The notes: generated by a model not told the origin, from the letters alone. 61,671 nucleotides of DNA, filler included, from Choristocarpus tenellus KU-1152 (GCA_964200185.2; 11 parts of 11 records of this genome joined end to end with filler, not necessarily neighbours in it); one strand, 5' to 3'; numbered from the whole stretch's first letter, positions 39,760-54,222 are shown. Translations and numbers: made by a program.

Positions 39760-42700
39760 GCATTCCAAGCATCTCCTCACCATGATTTGCCCTGTGGGTT
39801 TTCCAAAAACTCGACCCTGAGAAGCAGCCAGAGATGTCATTGAACTTCCCATACTGCCAGTGCTGTGGTCCTGGCTCTCCACCACCCCTACCCCCACATT
39901 GCCTCCACCTTCAACCATGTCGTTGTCCTCCATCACTTCCCGTCCATCTCTTCCCCCAGACCCTAGCCCACCCCCACCTCTGACTCCATATGTGCCCTTG
40001 CAGCTTCCTATGGTCAATCCCCCAGCCGAAGTACCATATGCCCCCTCGCCAATATCTGTCAGGAAGGCCCTGTAGTTGAGAAATTTCCCCCCTGGGTGAC
40101 GAGGATCGCCATCAAACACATATCTGAGGGTGGGGATTCGTTTGAGTGGTGTCACTAGTTCAAGGTACAAGAACCTGCAGGTGCTTTAGTTGGAGTATGC
40201 ATGAATGGGTGAGGCTAACTAGATTTTGTTCTAGTAGGTGAGATGGACAGGTTGAGTCCGTCGGAACAGGTGAGCAGAGTGTAAGTCAACTCAGACCAGC
40301 ACACTGTATCCCAGATGGTGCTGATGTGGAAAATTCTACATCTTCTGGCAGCGTTTGCCACGCACAGAATAGCTAACGCCTTCAAGTACATTTCTGAGTT
40401 CCCAGTACTAGCAAGAGCAAAATATCTGTGTACAAAGTATCAAAGAGTACGAAAGAGTAGCACAAAAAACAACAAGCATATCTGTATACTCTAAAGTATA
40501 CGATTAACAAAAGAGAGGAAGAGATATGGAGAGATCTCTACTCTTGATACCATGCATTTTTCCACCTGACTTCATCACGAAGGGCAACAGCGCATCATCT
40601 CTCTTTACCACTCTGTACATGTGTTGATGTGCGTTCCAGAAGTGCAAAAGTAGACCTTTAAACTAATTCAAAGCATCAAAAATGGTATCCCATAACCATT
40701 GATCACTTGGAGAAGTTACATACTTTACGTATTGAAGAAAACGAGCACATACAGCACATGAAAATACTGTGCCTATGTATGTATATATCATGTTATTGAC
40801 TAATGTATGTCTCTCTTTCATGCAGTCTTTCCACCATCACGCCTGGGGCTGAGGTGCAATATAGTACAACTAGAAAAAAAATCCTTCTGTTCAATCTGCT
40901 TGGCATCACCCACCTCTTCTGCAGCACAAACAGTGCCTGGTCAGTTTGGGGAAGAATTCCGAAAGACGAGAGAACCCTCCCCATCTGATCCAGAGTTACG
41001 TGACCTTCATTGAGTGGGTCAAAGCCTCGGAAAGCTGGTTGGATGGAAAGACGCCGCCTTCGCAAGGTATCACAGACCTTGTTATAGGAAACAGTTTAAC
41101 TCATTAATAAAGTGATCCTTGAGCAGAAATGAGGTGGTGAGAGTAGGGGATACCGCTCTGGGAGCACAAATTGAAAAATTTGTAAAGTGTATACTGTGAT
41201 AGAGTTTGTATCAATGATCAAGGCATCGATACAATCACTAAGAGCATACGTGTAGATAATATATATTGAGGGTTAGAGAGCATGGTGCGAAAATTATTAT
41301 TAACACAAATAGAGTGGTCTGCATATCACTGCTAGCCTATAAAATCCAGACATCACAATATCTACTATACATATCTATGTTACAATTGCTAATACTTTAA
41401 TCAGCACCTTTGCACAAGTAAGATAGGTTCTACAAACAGGGAAAGGTAAGAACATATATGCGTGCATATTTTGCAATGACTTGCAAAGAAATACTGCTCA
41501 CAGTTTCGAGGGTCTGCTCAAGTATGGCTTGCTCCTGAGACTCCAAGGGTTTTCTGTGACCCCCAAGCACAGTATCTTCAGCTATTTGGGAAGAGTCAGA
41601 GTCCGATAGCTCCGCAATAGCATACACCTGGTCACACAGGAGCCGGTAGCTTGTCTAGGCAAAGTGGGAGGAGGGAGAGTGAAGCAGAGAGGAGGATGAG
41701 TAAGAGCATCCCGCTTTTGTATTGGTGGAGACACTTTCAATGGCAGGGGAGGACAAGAGTTAGGTAGGACCTGTTCGAGAAAGGCTCGTGGTTTGTGTGC
41801 TTTGGGGCAGTGGAGGGGCCCATAGGGAAAACGTGATTGTGTTATGCACCTGGCCTTCCCCTGCCTGATACCTCTTGCACAATGAAGATATTTGTCTCTC
41901 TGTCAGAGTCATCTTAAAGGCAAGGCCCACACCCCGGCGGAAATGAGCTTCAGAGACAGTTCCCTTCCTGTTGCGGTCGAAGGGGAGCCATTGGTCCTCG
42001 GGCTGCAACCTGTGGTACACCAACTGGAGAGGTCGTAAGAACACAAGGAAGTTGACAACATGAGATAGTAGAGAGAGAAACTGGGTGTGGCAATGGAGAG
42101 GTCGATTTCTGTAGGATAACGTATGTACATTTCTTTTTTCTCAAAAATTCATGGACTTTAACCGCTTAACAAAGAAGAAGACCTTGATATGCTGCGTTGT
42201 TGAAGAAGATCTGACACAAGGCATGAGTTGGGCTGGAGGGTATCCAAATATACCGCACCCTCCATCTCCTCATATGACTCTAGAAGAGTGCTCTGTCCGC
42301 TGTCAGCTCAAGAACATAATATATGTCGAGGCTGAAGAGGAGGATTGCCTTCAATTGGCACCCTTAAGTCACTCCTCACTCAACCTGGCTTCTTACGGAG
42401 TTTCCCTATTCTACTTCCTTCTATTCTCTGATCCCTCTCCTTTTATTTCATGTTCTGACCAACCTTGGCTGCCATCTCTTGTTCAGTACGAAGAGCTGGA
42501 CAGTGCATGCCACCCCTTCCTCTCCCACACTTCTCCGGCAATCTCATAGCTTGAAATTTCTGTTGCCCTTCCTCGCTTACCATACCTCCCCCGGGTATGT
42601 TACCTTCCTCAAGGGGGAAAATAGTTCCCTGGCAGTCAGGAGAGACACTAAAAGAGCTGACTCTGCCAGTGCCATCATCTTCAACCCCATTGCAGCTGCT

Positions 42701-42770
42701 ATCACCACTGCCAAGGCCATCCTGTGGGCTAATAGTGTCAATGGGTGAAGCCCTAGGGCCCAAAAAAAAG
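39760..42770 (-). CDS. Multi-exon EF-hand-repeat protein (partial)
   Basis: Exon-like blocks RRWRVR|LQPEDQWLPFDRNRKGTVSEAHFRRGV (42009-41850), TSYRLLCDQV... (about 41656), RRRRLSIQPAFRGFDPLNEGHVTLDQMGRVL (about 41077-40913) and ...FLNYRAFLTDI (about 40175-39760). Includes two degenerate EF-hand loops. Confidence 0.65.
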
Positions 42771-43026
42771 AAGGAAAGAGTGAAGAAAACAGACGATTGA
42801 GGAAGGAAGAGATTAAAGAGGGCTATAAATTTGTGACTGATATTTGTATACTGGGGGGGAAGGGGATGACAATGTGATGTATGTCCAATATCATGGTCTA
42901 TGCATAGATGCTTACCTGCCCGACAACATAGAACATTGGGTCTCCAGAATAGGGTACACAGGAACTAGGAAGAGAAAAAAAAAAGGCTGCAAACTCTTGT
43001 GGCAGGAGTACTACCACCCTACAAAT

Positions 43027-43292
43027 GAGTCAAAGTATCTTAGAGTGTAGAGCCGCGTCCGTTTGGTGGAAAAAATCCAATGTTCCGATTTGGATGTAAA
43101 TTTGGCTATCGTGTTTGTTCGGAGAGTGTCAATATCCTCATTCTGAACAGATTTTTGAAGAATGTGTATATTAGACCTTGTCCGAAACAATTTGGAGTAA
43201 GAAAATGTAATAAAAAAATCTGTGGGAAGCCAAGCCCCAAACGGACAAACAGGGCAAAACTCGTACCCTCTCTTAATAAGATACTTTCACTC
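43027..43292 (+). mobile_element. MITE family A
   Basis: Both TIRs present; TSD AAAT (4 bp). Confidence 0.9.
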
Positions 43293-43786
43293 AAATGCGG
43301 TTAGGAGCTGGAGTGCCTCCAAAGAGTCAAAGTAGACAAGAGGTACCCAGCGTTGCACTTTTAAGGATACTGATAAATACATGCAAATTTTGATTTTTTT
43401 AAATGTATGTATATTGTTTTTTTTCTGTTGGAAATTTCCTAACAACAAAGAAATCAATGCTCTCAAGTGAAACTTGGCACTTCAACCATGCAACTGTGAG
43501 TTTAATCGAAAAATGTCACAAAAAAAATGACGTAAGATACAAAAAAAAAAGGGCCAAAACTTTATTTGCTTTGGTTCGTAGCGATGCCTGAGAACTACTC
43601 AAATTTTGTTATCTCCACCTCGCTCTTTTTCCAATTTTGTCTTGAATGTCGAGGTATCCCCACCAACATAAAATGATGATGCTAGCTGAGCCTGACTCTC
43701 ATACCAATCTTAAACCTTACTTAAAAACCGAATTAGTGTTCTGTTCTCTGGTGGCTCAAAAGAAGAGATTATGCGTATGGGTTGAA

Positions 43787-43965
43787 GGCTCAAAGTATCT
43801 GAGGGGGGGTGGTGGCTGTTCGTTTGGAAACAATTTTTGATGTTGTGATTTTTTTTGTGATTTGGTTGCATACTTCTGATGGATAATGTAAATGCACTCT
43901 TCCTGGTTATGGTCCAAATGGACACACTGGTGTAGACCCCCCTCCCCCCCCCCCCCCCCCCCTCC
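43787..43965 (+). mobile_element. MITE family B, truncated in the C-run at contig end
   Basis: GGCTCAAAGTATCTGAGGGGG ... GTGTAGACCCCC. Confidence 0.88.
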
Positions 43966-44065
43966 NNNNNNNNNNNNNNNNNNNNNNNNNNNNNNNNNNN
44001 NNNNNNNNNTTAATTAATTAANNNNNNNNNNNNNNNNNNNNNNNNNNNNNNNNNNNNNNNNNNNN

Positions 44066-44132
44066 CCATGGGAAGTCAAGCCCCAAATGGACAAACAGGG
44101 CAAAACTCGTACCCTCTAAGATACTTTCACTC
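44066..44132 (+). mobile_element. MITE family A, right end only
   Basis: CCCCAAATGGACAAACAGGGCAAAACTCGTACCCTCTAAGATACTTTCACTC. Confidence 0.88.
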
Positions 44133-45304
44133 TTATGTTTCTACTGATGTTGATTCTTACTCTATTAATTAGCTACAATAAGGGCAGGGCTATAATCTCT
44201 CAACCTATCACACAAAGAATGAAATATATAAATTCCAACCTGGTGGGCTTACAATCTCAACAGGGCACTGACACAGAATTAATCAGCAGTGAACAAGTTG
44301 CAAAGATCAATAGATTGTGATTGCATCCAGGGTTTAAAATATTCGTAGTTGATGGTTATATAGGCATTACACACTTGCAAGAAGGGAACAAAAGTATGCA
44401 TGTATTTCTTGGTCCTTGCCCAATCACAAGGCAGAATATATTTATCACACAAGAGCAGTGTTGATATCTTTTCACACTTGAATAGTTGATCGTACATAGC
44501 CTACTAAAACAGTGGTTGTGACTGCACAATTGGCCACCCCCCCCTCTCAACATAAATTTTTGAAGCTCAACATACAGATGTAGATTTGCAGGGGGGGAAG
44601 GAATACTTATAGGACTGAGAATCCACAATCCAACATCTACCACATGCCCATAGACTGGGAGGTGTCCTCTTTGGAGGGGAGGAGGGGGGTGACTTGTAAA
44701 GTGATACACAAGCAGCTTTAAGCTCTGGACATTTTCACTCTGAATTTGACTCTCCCAGAATGACACCACAAGATGACTATCTTCAGACTCAATAATGCAA
44801 GGAAACAAGCCTATATGCACCTCTGCAAATAGCCTGCTGTGCTACAGGAATAATGGATGGTCCCTGCCGATCCTGCCTGATGAGATACATCAAACTAATG
44901 ATCACTTTTGTGTTCCACATCCTACGTGCAATCAAGAGCGTAGCAAACCTAGCAAATAAAAGATACTCTGTATGCAGAGGTGTATATGGCATGTATATAC
45001 ACCCCTGCAAACAGATGCTATGCAAGAAAATCTCTGCTCTATTCTTCTATTGACAGGGTGCAGGGGCCTCCCACTATGGTATATCACACACTCAGGAGCT
45101 ATGTGCATGTACAATAGCTTGCTTCTCTGCACAATCCTGTTCCTTGTCCTAGCACACCCTCCTTTATTGTCCACGATTTGGGGTTCCCACACCAAGTGTT
45201 AAGGACACAAGTGTCTTGAGACCACTACCCTTGGTTTGCTGGATTCCATCTTGCAGGCAGAGTAGTGTCTGAAAGAGGAAGGCTATGCTGAGAGTGCACG
45301 ACAC

Positions 45305-45982
45305 CTAAGGCTGATGAGCCTTACGCTTATTTCTCCCCCCTTGAGCTGTTGGTGGCTCCTCCATGTCATCCTCGCTTCCTTGCCCTCCTCCTTCCTCTCC
45401 ATCCCCATCTTCTTCATCCTCCTCCTCTTCTTCATTGTTCCTGGGAGGTAGTGGACCTCGTCGGCGTGGCTCAGGCTGCTTTAGGTCCACCCCCACCGCC
45501 TCCTCTTCATTCATAATGTTAGCCACAAAGGACAAAGCTGCATCCTTGGGAAGCTCGTGAATATTGCTCACCTGCATGAGGATCAGAGAGAGAGCAAGAC
45601 GCAGTTACAAGTGACAGGAAACCTCAGGAGTTGAAAGACTATATTGTATATTTTATTATGGTGGCTGAATATCCCAAGTGACCGCTATGACACACATCTG
45701 TTTTCTTCCACCATGAAAAACCAGCTGGTGCGGATTGTGACTTTCTCTCTTCCCTCTGCTCCTATATTCTCCGCTAAATGTCAGAGGGTGGTGCTACATT
45801 GGACCTGTTTCAATTCTGTGATTGCACACCTTGTTTTGGTGGGAAATGCCGTAACAACGGCTGGCAACGCTGACCATCTCAGGGCGGAAGGTTGTGGTGA
45901 TGAACTGGGTTGGATTGTTGGGAGAGTGTGCCTGCTTCTGGATGAGAGAGGCCACTGCTGCTCGGTAGCTGCTATCGAGGGC
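45305..45982 (-). CDS. SMC3: Cohesin subunit SMC3, last two exons (45982-45830 and 45571-45305)
   Basis: ALDSSYRAAVASLIQKQAHSPNNPTQFITTTFRPEMVSVASRCYGISHQNK|VSNIH contains the D-loop ALD and the SMC3-typical QFITTTFRPE. GT-AG junction in phase 0; acidic C-terminal tail. Upstream exons are not visible. Confidence 0.88.
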
Positions 45983-47229
45983 CTGCCAGATATGCAACAC
46001 AGTGTTACATGTGGAAGGAAGTGTGATGGATTGCAACGAATTCGATGCTGGTAGGGATATGCTGTTGCTGTTGTTTGTGGAGGTTGTAATGACGTTCATG
46101 TTGGCTGTTTGCAAATTTTGGTGGAGGAGAGTGGAAATGCTACACACTGCAATGCATGCAAAGGGTAGAGTGTAATTTTGTTACATTTTTTTTACACAAA
46201 AAAAGAGATGCATGCACCTCCTTACACTCTGCAGTGCTCTCCTCACCGCCACACGGACTTCCCACACTCCTCAAACTCGGGGAGGATTTTGTAGGGTAGG
46301 CACACTACTTCACAGAGCCACTTTGGAACTCTCATGTATGTGGCCATTTTACACCAAATGTATCCAAAGGTAACCCTAACCTAAACCCATTTTAACCATT
46401 TTGAACATTTAAAGATCCTCCTGCACACAAGGAGGCAGAGAACTGCTCACAAAATCAACAGTAAACGCCCCATGTCACCAGTGGTATACATGCCCTTGAT
46501 ACTGTGCTGTCACACCAAGCACCATTTTTTCACAGCTGCAATCATTCCAAGGTTCGCTATATTTGGCACCCCCCCGTAAAAAAGGAAGAAATAGGCTGAG
46601 TNNNNNNNNNNNNNNNNNNNNNNNNNNNNNNNNNNNNNNNNNNNNTTAATTAATTAANNNNNNNNNNNNNNNNNNNNNNNNNNNNNNNNNNNNNNNNNNN
46701 NCCCCCTCCCCCCCCAGTTAGTTACCTTGGGTCTAATTTTGCTATGGATATTCTTGTAAGATAGTGGGCGCAAGGTATTCCCAGAAATCCATGCGTAATT
46801 ACAATTGTCATTTTGGCGGGAAAGACAAGAGAGAGGGAGGCAGAAAGATCAAATCTGGGGTGATGATTGAGTTGAAGATTCCTACCACAGAATGCAATCG
46901 AGAGGAAACTCTTCACAGTCTTGGAGAAGGGTTGTACCACCATCAAGGAAGCCAATCCCTTCTTCTAAACTACTGGTGTCACTGTCCGTCCTTCAGTCAT
47001 GAATGTTTAGTTAGCCGGAAACATCTTGCTCCACATCATGTGGTCTCAGAAGTATTCCCCGCATGAGTAGAATCATTTCCTAGTATAGGAACCTTCTTCT
47101 TTTTTTTTCTCTTGCTACAACACACTCCCCGACCTCAATCATGAATGTTTAGTTCGGACCACATATCCCTGCCTTGTTGATTATGGGTTCTCAGACCTAG
47201 AGAACTACAGGAACCTGCACGTATCCAAC

Positions 47230-48960
47230 CTGAATATGTTGCTGATGCGATTGCTGCTCCTGCTGACTCCATTGCCATTGGGGCTGTCTCTGATCTTCCA
47301 AGAGATGAGTGGGTGCGTCCTTGTTGACACTCTCTGCACCCAAGATATCTTTTTTTTTGGTGCTCGTTTGCCTTCGCACACTAGATGAAGTTGGTGAAAA
47401 CTGCCCAGTTGCTGCTGCAGCTGCCCCTCGAGTGCCTTGAGATATGGTTGTTCCAAGCCACGTCTCACCTGTGTTCCCAAACAGTTTCAAGGGTCTAAGA
47501 GATACCACGAGAATGGCATACAAGAGGAGGGAGGTAGGAGGCTGGATGTGGGGAGAGAGGGGTTCATTGTACATGAGAGACAAACACTGTTCTGCTCTGT
47601 GTGGGCAACTGCCACTTGAAATGGGCAAGGGAAAGGCGTGAAGAGCTGCAGAAGTACGGAAACGAAGTTCAGAAGTCGAGGATCACTATTATGTGTTTTG
47701 TCCAGACATGTTTCTCTCATGATCTTCTAGATACCATCCACACTACCAAGTGTCGTATGCCTTTTGTGCGCATCTAAATGATTCCTGTAAGAAAGAACTT
47801 CGCTCTTGATAACAATATTGTGTTGCACATTTGTAAGAAGGTCAAAAGGCATCGGCAATGACAGGGCCAACCTCTCCCACGACTTACACTCAAACACTCA
47901 CACTCAAGCATTCCTTAATAAGAATACCTGTACACAACCCAATGAAATGTTCCATGCAACACTCTGCGATAAAAAAGAGCTAAAGTATCTTAGAGGGTAG
48001 AGCCGGGGCCATTTGGGGGCCAAAATTCAATGTTGCGATTTTGATATAATTTTGGCCATTGTGTTTGTTAGGAAGTGCCAATATCCATGTTCTGGACACA
48101 CCTTTTAATAACATAAATACTTTACCTATTGCTAAACATTTTGAAGTAGGAAATGTCATAAAAGAACCCATGGGAAGCCAAGCCCCAAATGGACAAACAG
48201 GCCAAAACCCGTACCCTCTAAGATACTTTCACTCAAAAAGACAAAAAATGCCCACAACAATAGGAAATTTATTCAATAGTTGCTTTGTATTGCACTTGAC
48301 TGGTGGGGAATCAAACTTTTATGAAATACCAACCATGCCCAGAGCACGATCCTTTCACACTTCCCAGTTCCGAATGCAATTTTGGAGATCAACCCATTTT
48401 CTACAGCACTCAAGTCATTGTGTGGTTCCGATCTTTCATAAGGGAAAGCAGCCATCGTGAAACCACCTTTGTCTAATTTGACAAACTAGACAAATTAGCC
48501 CAAACTACTCTTGTAGATTATCCAAGCCCTCTAACACAACGAAATCTGTGCTGAACATCATTTATCTGTGTCCATCGATCCCAGTCCTCAATCCAGACTA
48601 TGTGTATTCCTCTAATGTGACTCAGAGCTGTGAATAAGATGGGCAAGCAACTGGTCTGTCCCACTCTAACTGTATTTCGGTCTGAGGGGGGGGCGAGACA
48701 TATCTCACAGGTTGGTGGCTGTGGGCGATTTTTAACAAGATCCACAGCCTCCACCGGCCCCAAGCCCCCTTCAAAGCCTCCTGCAGCAAATTTCCTGGAA
48801 CAAGAGAACTCTCCAGGAGCAAGCCATGGCGGACTTGTGGTCCTGTAGGCCGCACTGGAGGATGAACTTGAGGGGTCGTTGAATCTATCCGTCAAGGAAC
48901 GAAAGCATGAATAGTACTGCTTGGCACTGCTGCGGACACTGCCAGCCATGGTCTACAGAG
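47230..48960 (-). CDS. Probable exons of an unidentified low-complexity protein
   Basis: Open, codon-like blocks at about 47495-47230 (Gln-rich end, CAG|GT donor) and about 48955-48670 (Ser-rich). No recognisable domain. Confidence 0.3.
47977..48234 (+). mobile_element. MITE family A
   Basis: Both TIRs present; inserted in an A-run, so the TSD could be AAA or AAAA. Confidence 0.92.
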
Positions 48961-51137
48961 AATGCCCAGTAACAGAGAGGTGCAAAAGGACGGCAGAGGA
49001 CGAGCAGGATTAGTGGTTGTTTTGGGAAAGAAGGGGCTGCTAGTGTGATAGTGATCAGGACAAACACATGCAAGTAAAACTGGCTCATACTTTGATTTAA
49101 ATACACTAGAGGAGAGCAGGAACGGATCGCAGAATATCAATAGATGATCATTTCTCGGTACTTTCTGAACGTTTTGATCCTACAAGCAACCTACCACACT
49201 CATTTACCCCTCCTGGGTCCTACAGATCACACCAATGCTCTCTGCCCTCTAAAATGCTTGCCAATTGATTTCTGCTCCTGACTTCCAATCTGTGTTGTCC
49301 CAACTAAATGGTCAATCTCCACTTGGTGTTTGAGTAAAGATCTATTCCAGAGGGGGGCAGTGTCATTCTTTGCTGAATGAAACAGTGGACTGCTGGGTGA
49401 CTTTCCACTCGCAAAACACTTCATGCATGATTAGATCTAGCCAAGTCAAGCGATTTTCAAGATTTTGTATTTTGTATTTTGAGCATATCACTATTAATAT
49501 GTACTCTTTTGACCTCTTTGAGGAGAAAAAAGCTCATGTACAATTTGATCCAGCCAAATCAATTACTTATCACAATTCTTTTTTTGAGTAGACAACTACT
49601 TGTGTGTACTTTTTTGGACCTCATTGAGGAGAAACACAGCCTCTTGTCAATAACACATAGACCAATGGTGATATAGGTAAGGGGGGCAAACATAAACCAC
49701 CACTGCACCCTAGGGGCAAGCAAGATCGATTCTATCCATCACCTTGTACAGGGATAGTGTCGGTGTGAAGTCTGCGGGATCCAATACAGAAAAGTTGTCA
49801 TGCTTCGGAAAAATTCGATCGATCAATGTAGGCATAGTTTCGTTTTCCACAGGTCCTGTCAAGAGATCATGGTGCTGCAGATGTGAGGCAGGAATATGAT
49901 GAAAAATATTGCTGAGAGGGTAGCAAAGGACTGGAGGAACAACCCCATCGTGAGCAAGGAAGAGGTGAGTAGACTACCTCCCAAGCGCCTGCACTAGTAC
50001 GTTGAACTCAGAAAGTATAAATTATACAGGTGCCTGTTCGTGGAGAACAAGATCTTGCACCATGTGGTCATGCTGTGTTGCTCAATGTTTAGTAGTGTAG
50101 GTCCATACTATCTTTCTTTAAGTTGATGCCACCTTTTGGTGTTATTTGACCCCTATAAAAAATTCCGTTCATACAACTGATAGCTAAAGCACACACCCTT
50201 CTCTGCATAGTCCTGAACCTGAATTTGATATTCAAAAATCCAACCTACAAGATAGGGAGACATATAGCTGCAAGCCCCATCCTCCACCCATGAGGTGCAA
50301 GTGGCATCATGATCTCTCTTTGTGTGAGTCTTCTTTTTCTAAGGCAAATTATGGCAAACGGAGTCTTGCTCAACTTGTCTGAAGTATTGAGTGTGCAGCA
50401 GCCCAGTTGTTTTTTCTTGTCTATCTCATCTCAGATGAGAGTCGCAATCTGCTCCAGTACCCTTGCCATCCCATAACACTCTACCTCAGAACTTGAAGAT
50501 TACTAGAGGTGTAATATTCTGACCCTTGGCGTCTGAGGCATTCTCAACTACTCTTTTGCGACATGATGCAGAAATGTTCAAATGCTCTCGGTTCACATTG
50601 AGTGTATGCCCCCATGCACAGGGAGGAGAGACAAGGCTGGGCAGTGTAAGAAGTAGTCAATTACAATCTCAAATCTTTCACACGGAGAAGGCCAAGTGCA
50701 TGCAGAGAAGGAAAATTGTGAGGGTAAAATCATTTCAGTAAATATCTCAGAACCTATATGGTAGCAAAGGTGATGCAAACAACAACAGATTAACGGCAGG
50801 AGCACCTGCAGTCCCAAGGTTGACAGGGTGTTCAGGGTAAGAGGATACGTCTCGGCCTTTCCCATACGCTCCTCCCCTGGAATTTCCTGCCTGGAAGGCA
50901 GATGACATCCTGCCCGCCTCCTTCACGTCAGCCTTATCCCAGTGTCTGAGTCAAGATCATCCATCACAATTCACGACTTGTTTAACAATGCCAAAACATG
51001 AGGATTTGGGGTGTTTGTACTTAAGGCAGCAAGCACTAGGTGCAGTGAGTACCATAATTTCAGGGTCAAGGCAGAAAACGATATATTGCCCTTGTTTCAG
51101 ATGTGTTATTCTTATTGTTGTTGTTGCGTGCTACATC

Positions 51138-51169
<32 letters not shown>
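51138..51169. repeat. (TGA)n microsatellite
   Basis: About 10 tandem TGA units. Confidence 0.9.
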
Positions 51170-51170
<1 letters not shown>

Positions 51171-51765
51171 CTATTGGAGAGAGTGAGGAACAGAAGTGTT
51201 CGGTCTGTCAGACGAGTCCTCAGATTGTCTCATGATTGCTGCATGGTTCACCATTGAACTGTGTAAGGATAAAAACCATTACCTCAACGATTGTCATTGT
51301 TTAACTATCAATGGACAATCAACCTTTGCAAGGTTTCATAAAAATGTGTTCCAATATGCGCTGGACCCTAAACCTGAACAACACCACACAATGCCTGTCG
51401 GGCAAACCATATACTACACTATGGAGCCCTCTGAGCAATTCAATGTTCATCTCAACCTCAGGTACGGACCCTCACAAGCTTCCTGATCAATGAGAATGTG
51501 AGCCGACTTCAATCTTTCCCTGACTTACCTCCAAATATTGTATGCCCCTGGTCCATCCCAACCCTCGGTGGCCGGTCGAAATTCGCGTTTCTGCCCTTCC
51601 TGAAACATCCAGTCTTCATGTTGTTGTGGCTGGGTATTAACAAGCATATCAACCAGGACAAGTGCAAAGTGAAGATGCCATGGGCGGATAGATTGGGGAG
51701 GCATGACTAGGATCAATCGATTGTGTCATGCACACAAGGGGAACGAGGGGGAAGTATGCAATATA

Positions 51766-51946
51766 GGCTCAGAGTATCTGGAGGGGGGTGGCGGCCGTCC
51801 AATTGGGACCAATTTTTTCATGTCGCGATTTTTGGGTGATATGGTTCCGTACGTTGGATGGATAATGAAAGCGCACTTTTCTTGGTTTTGGTCCAAATGG
51901 ACACTTTGGTGTAGACCCCCCCCCCCCCCCCCAGATACTTTGGGTC
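51766..51946 (+). mobile_element. MITE family B, complete
   Basis: GGCTCAGAGTATCTGG ... CCAGATACTTTGGGTC; TSD TATA (4 bp). Confidence 0.9.
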
Positions 51947-52556
51947 TATATCGTGCTCTTATAGGATAGACAAAAACTTCCCAGTCACTCATAGCCCTTT
52001 CAAGCAGCAACACATAATCCTTCCACACTTGGATGATAGTTGTATTCGATTTGAGGGCAATTTGAGCTCCAATCGATACTTGTATTACTTCCTTGGATCA
52101 TGGCGCATGAGGGTTTGGTGCTCCCCTGCATTATAATCCAGAAAGGCACAATACTAAGGTAGTATTCCAAGAGAGAGGATAAGGGTGGTAAATGACAACC
52201 CAATGGAACCGGGATTACAGAGGGGATGTTGGGACATGATTGACCTGTTGGCAAGTCATATGGCACTCATTGGTGCCCACAACTCAGTAGGCACTACTTG
52301 GAAAAGTTGCCAGAATGCTGCAGATTTATACTCTTCCCGCTTGGGGCCCTTGCTCAGTGAAGGAAGTATTATAGGAGTATACTTGGATGATATACTCGTG
52401 CCAAACATCACAGAGAGAGCCTAGCACCATAACTCCTGAGGCACATGGCACATCAAGGATGCCGTTCCTTCTTCCAGGTCATTGGAAAACAGACTTTTAA
52501 AAACAGAGAAACATCCAAATGGATACAAAATATGTATAGTTTGTATTGCACTTAAC

Positions 52557-52825
52557 GAGCAAAGTATCTTAGAGGGTAGAGCCCCGTCCTTTTGGGAGCC
52601 AAATCTGATGTTGCAATTTTGATATTATTTTGGCTATCGTGTTTGTTAGGAAGTGTCAATATCCTTATTCCAGACATAAACGTGATACCTACTCCAAAAA
52701 CGTATACATTTTACCTACTCCAAAACATTTTGAAGTAGGAAAATGTAATTAAGAAAAACTGTGGGAAGCCAAGCCCCAAACGGACAAGCAGGACAAAACT
52801 CGTACCCTCCAAGATACTTTCACTC
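52557..52825 (+). mobile_element. MITE family A
   Basis: Both TIRs present; TSD TAAC (4 bp); small internal duplication. Confidence 0.9.
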
Positions 52826-53100
52826 TAACACCATTTTGAGCACACGCTTCTTATTTACTCCAATATACTGTTAAAGAGTAGAAGCCCGATTTTCCTTAGC
52901 CCAAGGTTAACATTTCTACTAGGTAACCGTTCCTATCAACATTTGCCTCACTCTTAGTCTGGGACAAAAACCACTAGTTCAACTCTACCTAGCCCTGAGA
53001 CGTGGTCCAAAGCACTACATACTGCTTTACTCCTTATCTAACAGTTGCACTATGACTAATTGCACTATGACTAATTGCACTGCCCCATGGTTACCTTATA

Positions 53101-53309
53101 GAGCCAAAGTATCTTAGAGGGTAGAGCCTCGTCCACTTGGGGGTCAGAAGTGTACATGTCTATGTTTCCGACACACGTTTTCATAACATAAACATTTAAC
53201 CTACTCCTAAACATTTTGGAGTAGGAAATGTCACAAACACTCCCATTGGAAGACAAGCCCCAAATGGACAAACAGGTCAAAATTCGTACCCTCTAAGATA
53301 GTTTTACCC
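53101..53309 (+). mobile_element. MITE family A, internally deleted
   Basis: Both TIRs present (right one eroded); TSD ATA (3 bp). Confidence 0.85.
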
Positions 53310-54222
53310 ATAGTTATTTTCGCGTGTTGCACTCAGCCGTCTCACTCCTCATCACTCCATATCCTGCCTCAAATCTTGTGCAGTACATGATGCAGGCCCT
53401 CAAATTATATATTTTTTTACTTCACTTTGGTCTGGAGACTAACCCCAACCATGTTCACAGGAACTACACACTGCACCACTGATCACACCACTATCAACTA
53501 CTCAAACCAAATATCACAATATGACTAATTGTACTGCCTCCACTTGTGCCTCACTTCTTATGCGTTGGGTTCAGCACTCACACCACTCGCTGCTCTGCCT
53601 CCTCCCTCAAGTCTCACCCTGATGTTCCCACCTTGATCTTGATCTTACGTGTTTGTGGTGTAAAACAGACAGGATAGTACAGGTGTACAATCTGTCACAC
53701 TTGCCATGTCAAATGGGATAATTGAAACCAGACTTCTGGGAAAAGAAGTTCGGCATCGATGAAGGTTGAACAACTTCCTTGACCGCTGAGTCATGAAGAT
53801 ACCCAGCCCTGGTCACCATGATTCAGTTTTTCCTGGATCTTTTTTAAGGGTTGGCAACAGAGAGGAGGGTACAGCTGTACTTTTCCGTTGTGCTTGCCAT
53901 GTGGTCCACTGAAACCAGATTTCCCTTTTAAGAGAAGAGACCTCAACCAGGCTGGAACCCTCACATTCCAATGATGAGGAATCGATAGACTACCACTTAA
54001 CTACAAGGGGGCTTCTAGGAATGAGTACTATCTATAATAACACCATGAGGCAGCAATAAGTGCTCCAATTGTTGGATCAAAACATGTCCAGTGCTGTTAG
54101 AGAGTAATATCTTGGAGGAAAATATATGCCAAAATAGTTTGCCTGGTTTCATACAGTGCAGTCATTGAGCAGAGCTCATGAGTTCTCACACGGCATGTCA
54201 TGAGGAATAGCATCTCTATTCT

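Noticed and set aside
48059-48460. Recurrent short ORFs such as LLGSVNI.V.DTPFHN and QSIWGGGG
   Set aside because: These are chance translations of MITE A and B copies. Frames are not preserved between copies.
52340-52420. LGPLL...GVYLDDILV as reverse transcriptase
   Set aside because: It is an isolated YLDD motif without convincing neighbouring RT motifs, so at most a tiny relic.
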